A stretch of DNA of 64,000 nt from an uncultured Candidatus Saccharibacteria bacterium. GTDB lineage: Bacteria > Patescibacteriota > Minisyncoccia > Phycocordibacterales > Zambryskibacteraceae. Where the stretch lies: the NCBI GenBank assembly GCA_964357635.1, contig CAYHLZ010000001.1, positions 133,166-197,165 on the forward strand, read 5' to 3'. The position numbers and the translations under genes were made by a program. The first letter of the stretch is position 1. The number at the start of each line of letters is the position of its first letter. Positions 9,811 to 19,911 of the stretch are shown here, piece after piece. The notes under the pieces are model-generated. The model had not been told where the DNA came from, ran no database searches, and saw only the letters and a program-made list of their open reading frames with translations.

Positions 9811-10744
9811 CCAAAATACTATAACCGAAGGTCCAGAAATACGACTTTTCATAATTTTACTCTGCGCCCTTTTACTTTTGTTTGTGGCATCTTTCATCTT
9901 TGATATTGGTAAACGAGATGCTTCAACTTCTTCTGGAGTGGCCTCCAAGGCGTTTCCGGAAGTTAATATAAGTGCTCGCGCCGCCTATGTTTACGACATT
10001 CGCAAAGAAATTGTTTTGTATGCAAAAAATGAAGACACCCGTCTCTCACTTGCTTCCTTAACCAAGGTTATGACGGCTCTTGTGGCAGAAGACTTAAACC
10101 CGCTCCACAGTACCGTCACAATAAATACTGAGGCGCTCCGTGCAGAAGGGGATAGTGGTTTGTACAAAGATGAGAAGTGGTCGCTCAAAGACATTTTGGA
10201 CTTCTCCTTAATCTCTTCTTCCAATGACGGCATGCGGGCCGTGGCTCTCGCTCTCGGCGCAATCTCAAGGTCCAATGCCACCACGGAGGAGATTATCACC
10301 GACTTCGTAAGAGAGATGAACATGAAAGCAAGTGAGCTTGGTCTCAAAAATACTTATTTCTGGAACGAGACTGGACTTGATGAGTCAGATGTTAAGGGCG
10401 GTGCTTATGGGACGGCAAAAGACATGAGCATGCTTTTTGAATACATTCTTAAAAATAAGCCAGAACTCATAGAGGCGACCAAGGAATCCGTAGAATCATT
10501 CTCTTCTTTGGATCGTCGCACGCACACCGCCAAGAACACCAACATTATTACAAGCAAAATCCCTGGACTCTTGGCTTCAAAAACTGGTTCCACTGACACG
10601 GCTGGAGGGAACTTGATAATTATCTTTGACCCAGAACTTGGCAGGCCGATTATCGTTTCTGTTCTTGGTTCAACCGAAGAAGGCAGGTTTAAGGATGTTG
10701 AGATTCTAGTCAACGCGACAATGAAGTATATAGAAAACAACTAA
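9803..10744 (+). CDS. D-alanyl-D-alanine carboxypeptidase (peptidase S11, PBP5/6-like)
   Basis: N-terminal TM segment. SxxK motif 'ASLTK', an SxN-like motif and 'KTGS'. It overlaps scpB by 8 nt. Confidence 0.82.
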   Translation: MDDQNTITEGPEIRLFIILLCALLLLFVASFIFDIGKRDASTSSGVASKAFPEVNISARAAYVYDIRKEIVLYAKNEDTRLSLASLTKVMTALVAEDLNPLHSTVTINTEALRAEGDSGLYKDEKWSLKDILDFSLISSSNDGMRAVALALGAISRSNATTEEIITDFVREMNMKASELGLKNTYFWNETGLDESDVKGGAYGTAKDMSMLFEYILKNKPELIEATKESVESFSSLDRRTHTAKNTNIITSKIPGLLASKTGSTDTAGGNLIIIFDPELGRPIIVSVLGSTEEGRFKDVEILVNATMKYIENN

Positions 10745-10748
10745 GATT

Positions 10749-12575
10749 ATGTGTGGCATCGCCGGAATAATTGGACACTCTCAAAAAAACTCTATAAAAG
10801 AGATGGTTTCTGCAATCGAGCACCGTGGACCAGACGATGATGGTTATTTTTCTGACAACCTTGTTTCTTTGGGCATGAGACGACTCTCCATCATTGACCT
10901 TGTCGGAGGGAAACAGCCCATAACCTCAAGTGACGGTCGGTTTCAAATCTTTTTTAATGGAGAAATATACAATTTCAAAAACCTTCGTTACGAGCTCTTG
11001 GATAAGGGAGAAATATTTAAAACCTCAAGTGATACAGAAGTAGTCTTAAGATTGTTTGAAACCTACGGCACAAGCATGCTCACGCGCCTGCGCGGCATGT
11101 TCGCCCTCGCCATTTATGACAAGAAATATGGCAAAGTTACTCTAGCCAGAGACTTCTTCGGCATTAAACCACTCTATTATTTAAAAAAAGGAGAGAGCGT
11201 CACCGCTTTTTCTTCAGAGATTAAAAGCTTTTTGACGTTTCAAGATTTTACTAGAGAGATAAATGATGCTGCGGTTTTCAATTATCTTTCGTACCAATAC
11301 AACCCACTGGCGGAAACTTTTTTCAAAGGAGTTTTCAAGTTACCACCGGCGCACTTTATGGAAATAGATGTCAAAACAGGAAAATTTGAAATAAAGAAGT
11401 ACTGGCAGTTTAAATTTAGGCAAAAGAATTCTCTTTCCGAGGAAAAGACTCGCCACAAAATTTTGGAAACCATGGACGACTCTGTCACTCATCATATGGT
11501 CGCTGATGTAGCGGTCGGCGCCTTCCTTTCTGGAGGCATAGACTCAAGCATCATTGTCGCCCTGATGCAGAAAATTCGTGGCAAGGACAGGGTAAAGACC
11601 TTTAACATGAGTTTCGGGTCTTTGTCAGAAGCAGACGAGGCAAGGGAAACTGCCGAACTACTCAAAACAGAACACCACGAGATTATTGTGGGTAGAGAAG
11701 AATACTTCAAACACTTGTCAAAAGCTGTCTGGCACTTCGACGAACCGGTGGCTGACCCTTCTGCTATCGGACTATATTTTCTAGCGCGGGAAGCCAGTAA
11801 ACATGTCAAAGTAGTGCTCTCTGGGGAAGGCGCTGACGAACTCTTCGGTGGCTACAATATTTACCTAGAACCTTTTGCCAGAAGGAAAATCCTTGGTCTG
11901 CCGAAAGCCTTGTTAAATTTCTTTATAAAACTTCCTTTTGAATTTAAGGGTAAAAACTTTGCTCGCCGGGGAAGCCTTAAACTTGAAGACTGGTACATCG
12001 GCAATGCCTCCATCTTTAAGAGGGCAGAGGTGGCAAAACTTTGGACTGGAAGTCCACAAAAGCCGTTTTTACTTCACGGTTTATATAACGAGGTTAAAGA
12101 TTTGAGCGACTCTACCAAAATGCAGTACATTGATATCAACACTTGGCTTGTCGGAGATATCCTCGCCAAAGCCGACAAAATGAGTATGGCACACTCGCTT
12201 GAACTGCGAGTACCATTTCTTGATATAGAAGTTTCTCGTCTAGCAGAAGTGCTGCCTGACCGCTTCAAGTGGAGTGGGGGTACTACTAAACACCTTTTGC
12301 GCCAAGCTTTCAAAAAAGTGTTACCGGAAGCTGTCCGTAAAAGAAAAAAGCTTGGATTCCCAACGCCCATTAAAGACTGGATAGCAAAAGAAAAAGAAAG
12401 CATTACCACCACCATAGTCAGCAACCCGTACATAAAAACTCATTTAAATCTTCGGTATGTTAGGCAACTCATTGACGAGCACGTTTCAAAAAAGAGTGAT
12501 AACGCAAGAAAGATTTACCTCCTCCTTATGCTTGCAATCTGGTACAATACTTTTATTGAAAAAAGAGCACTCTAA
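10749..12575 (+). CDS. asnB: Asparagine synthetase (glutamine-hydrolysing)
   Basis: 'MCGIAGIIG' Cys-2 nucleophile of an Ntn glutamine amidotransferase domain, followed by an AsnB synthetase domain containing 'SGGIDSS'. Confidence 0.9.
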   Translation: MCGIAGIIGHSQKNSIKEMVSAIEHRGPDDDGYFSDNLVSLGMRRLSIIDLVGGKQPITSSDGRFQIFFNGEIYNFKNLRYELLDKGEIFKTSSDTEVVLRLFETYGTSMLTRLRGMFALAIYDKKYGKVTLARDFFGIKPLYYLKKGESVTAFSSEIKSFLTFQDFTREINDAAVFNYLSYQYNPLAETFFKGVFKLPPAHFMEIDVKTGKFEIKKYWQFKFRQKNSLSEEKTRHKILETMDDSVTHHMVADVAVGAFLSGGIDSSIIVALMQKIRGKDRVKTFNMSFGSLSEADEARETAELLKTEHHEIIVGREEYFKHLSKAVWHFDEPVADPSAIGLYFLAREASKHVKVVLSGEGADELFGGYNIYLEPFARRKILGLPKALLNFFIKLPFEFKGKNFARRGSLKLEDWYIGNASIFKRAEVAKLWTGSPQKPFLLHGLYNEVKDLSDSTKMQYIDINTWLVGDILAKADKMSMAHSLELRVPFLDIEVSRLAEVLPDRFKWSGGTTKHLLRQAFKKVLPEAVRKRKKLGFPTPIKDWIAKEKESITTTIVSNPYIKTHLNLRYVRQLIDEHVSKKSDNARKIYLLLMLAIWYNTFIEKRAL

Positions 12576-13621
12576 TGGATATTATTAAAATCATTTTTCC
12601 GACCATTTTAAGTTTCTTCATCGGTCTTTCCATTACCCCTTTCTTCTCCCGATACTTCTACCAGTACAGAATGTGGAAAAAAATGCCGAGAATAGATCCA
12701 GAATTCTCAAAAACTTTTAGCGAGCTCCACGACACCGATACAGAAGTAAAGACTCCTCGTGTCGGCGGCATCATCATTTGGGCAGCGGTTCTCTTTACTG
12801 TCTGTGTTATTTATCTACTCTCTGTATTTTTCCCATCTGAATTAACTTTTGAACTTAATTTTTTCTCAAGAAGTCAGACCCTGGTACCACTGGGTGCATT
12901 CTTTTTCGCGGCGTTTATCGGACTTGCCGACGACATGCTTCAGATTACTGGTATGGGTGCCTATGCTGAAAATGACCTGCTTTATCGCAAGCTAAAAATT
13001 GTGATTGTGGGCCTAATCGGCGTTGTTATCAGCCTCTGGTTCTACTTTAAACTGGACTTTAACTCTGTTCACATCCCTTTTTCGGGCGACCTCAACCTTG
13101 GATTATGGTTTATCCCGTTTTTCATCTTTGTGATGCTTGCCACTTTCTCTACCTCGATCATTGACGGTCTAGATGGCCTTTCTGGCGGGGTGCTTGCTTC
13201 TGCCTTTAGCGCCTTTGCCTTTATCGCTTATACCAACAGTCAGTTTGATATCTCTGCTCTTTGCGGAGCTATTGCCGGCGCCATCCTTGCATTCTTGTGG
13301 TTCAACATTCCACCCGCGCGGTTCTACATGGGGGAGACGGGGATTCTTGCACTCACGGTAGTACTCTCTGTTGTTGCCTTTCTTACAAACTCGGTTCTTC
13401 TTTTACCCATTATCGCTTTTCCTTTGGTTATGACCTCTCTCTCGGTAGTGATACAACTTGTTTCTTTCCATTTATTTAATGGGAAGAGAGTCTTTAGAGT
13501 GGCTCCGCTTCACCACCACTTCCAAGCGCTAGGCTGGTCAAGAGAAAAAGTGGTGATGCGTTACTGGATCGTCTCCGTTATTTCGGCTTTTACTGGCGTT
13601 ATCCTCGCGCTCTTAAGCTAA
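12575..13621 (+). CDS. mraY: Phospho-N-acetylmuramoyl-pentapeptide transferase
   Basis: Polytopic protein. GT4 motifs 'DDMLQITG' and 'IIDGLDGLSGG', and the C-terminal 'PLHHHFQALGWSREKVVMRYWI'. TAATG overlap with asnB. Confidence 0.85.
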   Translation: MDIIKIIFPTILSFFIGLSITPFFSRYFYQYRMWKKMPRIDPEFSKTFSELHDTDTEVKTPRVGGIIIWAAVLFTVCVIYLLSVFFPSELTFELNFFSRSQTLVPLGAFFFAAFIGLADDMLQITGMGAYAENDLLYRKLKIVIVGLIGVVISLWFYFKLDFNSVHIPFSGDLNLGLWFIPFFIFVMLATFSTSIIDGLDGLSGGVLASAFSAFAFIAYTNSQFDISALCGAIAGAILAFLWFNIPPARFYMGETGILALTVVLSVVAFLTNSVLLLPIIAFPLVMTSLSVVIQLVSFHLFNGKRVFRVAPLHHHFQALGWSREKVVMRYWIVSVISAFTGVILALLS

Positions 13622-13628
13622 TTAATTT

Positions 13629-14153
13629 ATGCCAAAAAAAGTTCCACAAGTAATATTTAAAACCAGAGTCCGAGACGAGAAGTTAAAAGGGGACAACCCT
13701 TACCGCTGGCAAGATGTCTCCACCGATGAAATCTTTAAGGGAAAGTCGGTGGTAGTCTTTGCTTTACCCGGCGCGTTTACTCCAACATGTTCCTCCACAC
13801 ACCTGCCCGGGTTTGAAGCGAAGTATGACGAAATAAAAGCTCTCGGAGTTGACGAAGTTTATTGTCTCTCGGTCAATGATGCGTTTGTTATGAATCAGTG
13901 GGCAAAGCATCAGAACGTGAAGAAAGTAAAAATGTTGCCAGACGGCTCAACTCAGTTCAGCAAAGGCATGGGAATGTTGGTAAAGAAAGATGACCTCGGT
14001 TTCGGAGAGAGGTCTTGGAGGTACAGTATGTATGTAGTAGATGGTGAGATAAAAAAGATTTTTTCTGAACCTGGGTTTATGGACAACTGCCCAGATGACC
14101 CATTTGTCACCTCCGATGCCGACACGATGATTAAGTATCTAAAAAGTTTATAA
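13629..14153 (+). CDS. Peroxiredoxin, Prx5-like (AhpC/TSA family)
   Basis: 'FALPGAFTPTCS' peroxidatic-Cys motif. Confidence 0.85.
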   Translation: MPKKVPQVIFKTRVRDEKLKGDNPYRWQDVSTDEIFKGKSVVVFALPGAFTPTCSSTHLPGFEAKYDEIKALGVDEVYCLSVNDAFVMNQWAKHQNVKKVKMLPDGSTQFSKGMGMLVKKDDLGFGERSWRYSMYVVDGEIKKIFSEPGFMDNCPDDPFVTSDADTMIKYLKSL

Positions 14154-14159
14154 ATAAAA

Positions 14160-14552
14160 ATGGATAGGTATGCATCAAGAGTTTTGAGAATAGGCACTGC
14201 TTTAGTCTTTATCTGGTTTGGCTTTGAACAACTGACCAATGTTAATGAGTGGACAGGCTGGCTTCCGAGTTACACCTCTGGTTTTCCGATAAGTGCTACC
14301 ACCCTTGTCTATATAAACGGTGCTTTTGAGACCATTTTCGGACTTCTTCTCTTGGTTGGGCTCTATACAAAGCTTTCTGCCTCCTTACTTGCGCTACACA
14401 TGGCACACATTATCTCTGTGGTCGGCTACGGAGAAATAGGGGTACGAGACTTCGCCATCTTTGTTGCCGTACTATCGGTGGCGCTTAGTTCCTCTCACGA
14501 CTTTAGCCTAGACACATTCTTTTCCCGAAGGAAAACAGAACAAGTTCAATAA
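14160..14552 (+). CDS. DoxX-family membrane protein
   Basis: 130 aa with four hydrophobic helices. 'RIGTALVFIWFGFEQL' is DoxX-like. Confidence 0.6.
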   Translation: MDRYASRVLRIGTALVFIWFGFEQLTNVNEWTGWLPSYTSGFPISATTLVYINGAFETIFGLLLLVGLYTKLSASLLALHMAHIISVVGYGEIGVRDFAIFVAVLSVALSSSHDFSLDTFFSRRKTEQVQ

Positions 14553-14585
14553 GTAAGCACATTTTTAGTGTTATAATCGGCAATT

Positions 14586-15689
14586 ATGACGACTAGCCGA
14601 TTGAGAGTTGATAAACCTTTTTTAATCATCTCCATCATCCTCATGACTGTGGGGTTCTTTATCTTCAACTCGGCATCCTTAGCCCTCTTGGCCAAGGAGA
14701 ATTCAAACTACGGAGACATTGCCTTCTCCCAAATGGTCTTCGGACTTTTCTTCGGCACTATTGCGATGATAGTGGTAGCGCGCAAAGATTTCAAAATCTG
14801 GAAGAAACTAGCTTTCTACCTCCTGATAATTGCAATTATTCTAAACATCTTGGTTTTGGTGCCAAGCATCGGCTTTGAACATAACGGTGCTAGACGTTGG
14901 ATTAGACTTCTGGGCATTTCCTTCCAAACTTCAGAAGTGATGAAGCTTGCCTTCATCCTCTACTTCGCTGCGTGGGCAGGCTCTATCAAAGATAGGATAA
15001 AAACTTTCCGTTGGGGATTCCTGCCACTCCTTATTCTCTTTGGTATCTCTGCCTTCCTCTTACTCCAACAGCCCGACACAGACAACTTTCTTTTAATTGT
15101 TATCGCTGGTATGAGTATGTTTGTCGCAGCGGGAGGACAGTGGCGGCATATTTTCTTCATTATCTTCACGGGCATTATCGGTCTTACGATGCTTTACTTT
15201 ACTCAAGGCTATATCAAGGCGCGTATTGATACTTTTTTAAATCCGCAAGCGGATGCTCAAGGAGCAAGTTTTCAAGTCCAACAATCTCTTATCGCCATCG
15301 GCTCTGGTGGTCTCTTTGGTAAAGGCTTCGGACAAAGTGTTCAGAAATTTACTTATCTACCCGAGCCGGTAGGGGACTCTGTCTTTGCGGTGGCGGCGGA
15401 AGAGTTCGGATTTGTTGGTTCGGTTTTTCTGATAGTAGTATTTATCCTCTTTGCTGCCAGAGGTTTAAAAATCGCCGGAGAAACAGAAAACTCTTTCGCT
15501 AGACTGACCGTTGTGGGAATTGTTATAATGATTGTATGCCAAGCATTCGTCAACATTGGCGCGATGCTCGGAGTAATTCCACTCTCAGGCATCACTCTAC
15601 CGTTTGTCTCTCACGGCGGTACCTCACTTTTCATCACTTTAGTTGAAGTGGGTATTGTACTCTCTATTTCTAGGTCTCGAGGATCATAG
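14586..15689 (+). CDS. ftsW: SEDS-family peptidoglycan glycosyltransferase FtsW/RodA
   Basis: 'SLIAIGSGGLFGKGFGQS...LPEPVGDSVFAV' are SEDS hallmarks. Ten TM segments. Confidence 0.88.
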   Translation: MTTSRLRVDKPFLIISIILMTVGFFIFNSASLALLAKENSNYGDIAFSQMVFGLFFGTIAMIVVARKDFKIWKKLAFYLLIIAIILNILVLVPSIGFEHNGARRWIRLLGISFQTSEVMKLAFILYFAAWAGSIKDRIKTFRWGFLPLLILFGISAFLLLQQPDTDNFLLIVIAGMSMFVAAGGQWRHIFFIIFTGIIGLTMLYFTQGYIKARIDTFLNPQADAQGASFQVQQSLIAIGSGGLFGKGFGQSVQKFTYLPEPVGDSVFAVAAEEFGFVGSVFLIVVFILFAARGLKIAGETENSFARLTVVGIVIMIVCQAFVNIGAMLGVIPLSGITLPFVSHGGTSLFITLVEVGIVLSISRSRGS

Positions 15690-15715
15690 TTCCATAAGCT
15701 CACTATAAATAAAAA

Positions 15716-16849
15716 ATGCGCATTTTATTCACCGGTGGTGGCTCTGGAGGGCATTTCTACCCGATAATCTCCATTGCCGAAGAGCTGAACAACTTAACCA
15801 AGGAGAAAAAACTCTTGGAACTTGAGCTTTTCTACATGTCTCCCACTCCTTATAACCCGGGAGTTCTCTTTGAAAACGGTATAATTTATAAGAAAAATAC
15901 TGCGGGTAAGCTTCGCCGTTATTTCTCTATCCTAAACTTCTTTGACCTGTTTAAGACAGGGTGGGGGACACTTACTTCCCTCATCACGGTTTATAGGCTC
16001 TATCCTGACGTGGTTTTCGGTAAGGGTGGGTATGCAAGTTTCCCAGTCTTACTGGCAGCAAAGCTCTTGCGTATCCCTGTGGTGATACATGAGTCGGACA
16101 CAGTGCCTGGTAGGGTAAATAAGTGGGCAGGGAAGTTCGCTAGCCGAGTGGCTGTTTCTTATAAAGAAGCGGCCCAACATTTCCCAGAAGGCAAAGCGGT
16201 TTACACCAGCCAGCCGATACGCAAAGAAATTTCTAAAACAATAACAGATGGTGCCAGAGAGTTCCTGAAAATTGAAGAAAATGTGCCAGTGGTTCTGGTG
16301 CTCGGTGGTTCACTCGGCGCCGAGAAAATTAATGACACAGTCCTTGAAGGTCTCAAGAATTTGGTGGAGAAATACGCCATCATCCACCAGACAGGTAAAA
16401 ACAATATCGTAGAAGCTCGGGCCACCTCCGAGGCAGTCCTCTTTGACTCGCCTCATAAAAACAGATACAAAGCCTTTGACTACCTAAACACTCTGGCACT
16501 ACGCATGGCAGCTGGAGTCGCCTCGGTGGTAGTCTCTCGAGCGGGCTCAACCATCTTTGAGATTGCCGCGTGGGGGATACCCTCAATCATCATCCCGATA
16601 AAAGATTCAAACGGTGACCACCAGAAACAAAACGCCTTTGCCTACGCCCGAGCCGGAGCCTGCTCTGTTATAGAAGAAGGAAACTTGCGACCAAACATCT
16701 TGGCATCAGAAATTGAGCGACTAGTCACAAACCAAGCCGAACGAGAGAAGATGAAGGCAGCGACGGAAAGTTTTTATAAACCCAATGCTTCGCGCCTTGT
16801 GGCAGAAGAAATATTAAAGATTGCCCTCGGGCACGAGTTAGAAAAATGA
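15716..16849 (+). CDS. murG: UDP-GlcNAc:undecaprenyl-PP-MurNAc-pentapeptide GlcNAc transferase
   Basis: 'MRILFTGGGSGGHFYPIISIAEEL' is the MurG N-terminal G-loop. Confidence 0.9.
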   Translation: MRILFTGGGSGGHFYPIISIAEELNNLTKEKKLLELELFYMSPTPYNPGVLFENGIIYKKNTAGKLRRYFSILNFFDLFKTGWGTLTSLITVYRLYPDVVFGKGGYASFPVLLAAKLLRIPVVIHESDTVPGRVNKWAGKFASRVAVSYKEAAQHFPEGKAVYTSQPIRKEISKTITDGAREFLKIEENVPVVLVLGGSLGAEKINDTVLEGLKNLVEKYAIIHQTGKNNIVEARATSEAVLFDSPHKNRYKAFDYLNTLALRMAAGVASVVVSRAGSTIFEIAAWGIPSIIIPIKDSNGDHQKQNAFAYARAGACSVIEEGNLRPNILASEIERLVTNQAEREKMKAATESFYKPNASRLVAEEILKIALGHELEK

Positions 16850-18027
16850 CTCAAAAAGTTATCACCCGCTTTCCACCTTCGCCGACTGGGCCCCTACACA
16901 TCGGCAATGTAAGAACAGCTCTATTTAACTACCTTTTCGCCAAACACAACGGCGGAAAATTTATCTTGCGCATAGAAGATACAGACAAGGCAAGGTCAAA
17001 AGAAGAGTTTGAAAAAGGAATGTTAGAAGGCTTGGAGTGGCTTGGACTCAAGTGGGACAATAAACCCGAGCGACAGTCCGAGAGAACAGGAGTGTATAAA
17101 AAATATTTAGAAAAACTAATTAAAGAAGACAAAGTGTATGTCTCTCTAGAGACAGAAGGGGAGAACAAAGAAGTTATTCGCTTTAGAAATCCAAACAAAA
17201 CAGTTTCATTTGAGGACCTTGTCAGAGGCGAAGTTAAGTTTGACACCAAAGAACTCGGAGACTTTATCATTGCAAAAAATATAAATGAGCCACTTTACCA
17301 CCTAGCCGTCGTCATAGACGACTTTGAAGCGTGGGTTACGCATGTTATCCGCGGAGAAGACCATGTTTCAAACACGCCAAGGCAGATTCTTATCCAAGAG
17401 GCCATAGGTGCTCCTCGACCCGTTTATGCACACTTACCTCTCATCCTCGCCTCTGACAGGTCAAAACTTTCCAAGCGTAAACATGGAGAATCGGTTTCCC
17501 TAGACTACTACCGTAAGAAAGGTTATCTCCCGCAGGCCATCCTCAACTACCTTTCTCTATTGGGTTGGAACCCTGGGACGGATAAAGAAATCTTTACCTT
17601 AGAGGAACTCATAAAAGATTTTGATGTTGAAAAAATTCAGAAAGGTGGAGCCATCTTTGACGAGAAAAAACTGGACTGGGTCAATAAGGAACACGTGAAG
17701 CTCCTCTCGCCAGAAGAGCGCATTAAACTTGTTGCCAAAGACTTTGACGCACAAACCAAGCCAAAACTTGTGAAAGAAAAAATTTCTTGGAAAAAAATTT
17801 CTTCAGAAGAAACAAAAAAACATTTAGAGAAAGCGAAAGAAATTTTGAAAAAAGATGGCGACCTTATGTCTTATGCGAGCGAGATGGGGAAGGGGAATGT
17901 CCTCTGGCCTCTGCGCTACGCCCTGTCAGGACAGGAAGTCTCTCCTGACCCGTTTACTCTCATATCTATCCTCGGCAAGGAGGAGTCAATAAAGAGAATA
18001 GATGAGTGCCTCAAACTTCTAGAGTGA
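16846..18027 (+). CDS. gltX: Glutamyl-tRNA synthetase, short form (393 aa)
   Basis: HIGH motif 'PTGPLHIGNVRT', 'HVIRGEDHVSNTPRQI', and 'KLSKRK' (the KMSKS equivalent). The C-terminus ends with the GluRS-type 'LRYALSGQEVSPDPFTLISILGKEES'. ATGA overlap with murG. Confidence 0.85.
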   Translation: MTQKVITRFPPSPTGPLHIGNVRTALFNYLFAKHNGGKFILRIEDTDKARSKEEFEKGMLEGLEWLGLKWDNKPERQSERTGVYKKYLEKLIKEDKVYVSLETEGENKEVIRFRNPNKTVSFEDLVRGEVKFDTKELGDFIIAKNINEPLYHLAVVIDDFEAWVTHVIRGEDHVSNTPRQILIQEAIGAPRPVYAHLPLILASDRSKLSKRKHGESVSLDYYRKKGYLPQAILNYLSLLGWNPGTDKEIFTLEELIKDFDVEKIQKGGAIFDEKKLDWVNKEHVKLLSPEERIKLVAKDFDAQTKPKLVKEKISWKKISSEETKKHLEKAKEILKKDGDLMSYASEMGKGNVLWPLRYALSGQEVSPDPFTLISILGKEESIKRIDECLKLLE

Positions 18028-18028
18028 T

Positions 18029-19351
18029 ATGAAGAATAAATTACTAATAACTCTCACCCTACTTTTTACCCTTACTGCATTTAACCAAGCCCTCGCTCTC
18101 ACTCCGACTGAATTAGAGCAACAAATTGAACAGGTTAAAAATGAGCGAGAAGACCTTGTCGCAGAGCAAAAGAAGCTTCAGGCGGAACTTGATGCCGTAA
18201 ACAAAGAAAGCCAGACCTTGGGCAGTGCGGTAAAGTCACTTGATGCCACCAAGAAAAAACTTGCTGCGGATATTCGTGTGACACAGTCAAAAATAAATTC
18301 TACCAGTCTCACCATTAAATCCTTGGAAAACACGATGGGGGAGAAGGAACAGCAGATTGTCGTACACCAAAAGGCGATTGCTCTTGCACTCCAAACTCTC
18401 TCCGAATACGATTCTCGCTCTCTGGTCCTAGACTTCCTTTCATCCGCCAACTTCTCTGATGTCTGGAGAGACAGAAGCCAGCTTGAAGGACTTAATGAAA
18501 GTCTTGAGAGCGAGATAAATAATTTGCGCGAGACAAAAAAAGTTTTAAATCAAGAAAAGAAACAGAAAGAGAGGGTAAAAGAAGAGCAGGTAAGTTTACA
18601 GGGACAGTTGAGCGGACAGAAGTCTGTGGTGGAGGAGAGTCAGAAAGCAAAAGAGAGACTACTTGCCGAAACTAAAAATAAAGAAGCAGATTACCAGAAA
18701 AAATTGGCAGAAAATCTTGCCAGACAAAAACAATTTGAAGAGGATCTCTTGCGCCTTGAAATGGAGCTTAAGATTACTCTAGACCCGTCTCTTATCCCAG
18801 ATACACGCCACGGCATTCTTTCTTGGCCTCTTGGCGACGTTTTCGTAACGCAGACTTTCGGTGAGACCGAGTTCTCTCGTAGTGGCGCTTATAGCGGTAA
18901 AGGACACAACGGCATAGATCTGCGTGCTTCCATGGGCACGCCAGTAAAAGCGGCGCTTGCAGGAGTTATAGAGGGCGCAGGCAACACTGATGAAATGAAT
19001 GCGCAATACAGAAGGGCAGGGAAACCCGCTTGTGTCTCGTATGGTCGCTGGGTACTCATAAAGCATGGAAACGGACTTTCTACCGTCTACGCCCACCTCT
19101 CTGCCTCTCTCGTCAAAGTAGGACAAACTGTTCGAACAGGGGAGACAATCGGCTACTCTGGGGGTGCTTATGGGGTCAACGGTTCCGGTTACTCCTTCGG
19201 TCCGCATCTCCACTTCGGGCTTATGGCATCGCAAGGTGTGGAAGTTCGCCAACTTACCAACAGCAAGGGCGGTTGCAGACTCATCTACATGCCCGTAGCC
19301 CTCGGTCTCAATGCCTATCTTGACCCGCTTGATTATCTTCCGTCTCTCTAA
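18029..19351 (+). CDS. Secreted coiled-coil protein with a C-terminal M23/LytM endopeptidase domain (EnvC-like)
   Basis: Signal peptide, then ~230 aa of heptad-rich coiled coil, then 'GKGHNGIDLRASMGTPVKAALAGVI' and 'HLHFG', which are M23 motifs. Confidence 0.85.
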   Translation: MKNKLLITLTLLFTLTAFNQALALTPTELEQQIEQVKNEREDLVAEQKKLQAELDAVNKESQTLGSAVKSLDATKKKLAADIRVTQSKINSTSLTIKSLENTMGEKEQQIVVHQKAIALALQTLSEYDSRSLVLDFLSSANFSDVWRDRSQLEGLNESLESEINNLRETKKVLNQEKKQKERVKEEQVSLQGQLSGQKSVVEESQKAKERLLAETKNKEADYQKKLAENLARQKQFEEDLLRLEMELKITLDPSLIPDTRHGILSWPLGDVFVTQTFGETEFSRSGAYSGKGHNGIDLRASMGTPVKAALAGVIEGAGNTDEMNAQYRRAGKPACVSYGRWVLIKHGNGLSTVYAHLSASLVKVGQTVRTGETIGYSGGAYGVNGSGYSFGPHLHFGLMASQGVEVRQLTNSKGGCRLIYMPVALGLNAYLDPLDYLPSL

Positions 19352-19355
19352 TAGA

Positions 19356-19390
19356 CCCCGCCCCGTTTGATATTAAATAAGAGGCGGGGT
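19356..19390 (+). terminator. GC-rich hairpin after the M23 gene (ccccgcccc...ggcgggg); no clear T-tract
   Basis: 9-bp G/C stem 5 nt after the stop codon. Confidence 0.45.
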
Positions 19391-19404
19391 AGACTTATAA
19401 GTAT

Positions 19405-19632
19405 ATGAAAAAGCAAGGTGGATTCATCTCTTGGCTTATCCTTATCATCGTCGGTTTGGCGCTTCTTAAGTATTTCTTCAATTGGTCTATCTTTGACGCC
19501 GCTTCGTCTGAAAAAGGTCAAGCTACGATAAGTTATCTAAGGGATATTCTTAACCTTACATGGAAGTATATTGGCACCCCTGTCATGTGGCTCTGGGATA
19601 GGGTAGTGGAGCTCTTGCCTGCCCGATCGTAA
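19405..19632 (+). CDS. Small membrane protein (hypothetical, 75 aa)
   Basis: A single N-terminal TM helix 'FISWLILIIVGLALL'. Confidence 0.45.
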   Translation: MKKQGGFISWLILIIVGLALLKYFFNWSIFDAASSEKGQATISYLRDILNLTWKYIGTPVMWLWDRVVELLPARS

Positions 19633-19842
19633 TAAAAAATTATGAAGCCCTTAAAAGTAATTGGTTTTTTTCTATTGGCGCCGATTTATATTCCGCTATA
19701 TTTTATTATGAACTTCACCTTTAAGTGGTGGTCAGGTCTGTTAGACGATTAGTTAGTATGCCCCTAGGGGGCCTAAACCCCTCTATTGCGCCTCTCCGGC
19801 GCATCCGCCGAGGAGGCGGAATGGATGTCACAAAAGATATAT

Positions 19843-19855
19843 TGTGCGACACCTA
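19843..19855. repeat. 13-bp direct repeat tgtgcgacaccta (copy 1), upstream of the NUDIX gene
   Basis: Identical 13-mer at 20384..20396. The two copies bracket the NUDIX gene. Confidence 0.6.
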
Positions 19856-19911
19856 TATAATCGGCCAAAGCCACTTCCCCTCGGCACTAAGGAGTAATAT
19901 TATGTAAATCT

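Noticed and set aside
19725-19745. GGTCAGGTC string identical to the core of the SRP (4.5S) RNA domain IV
   Set aside because: The downstream GGAAG...AGCAGCC half of the conserved helix 8 motif is absent. The match also lies inside a small membrane-peptide ORF. It is treated as coincidence.
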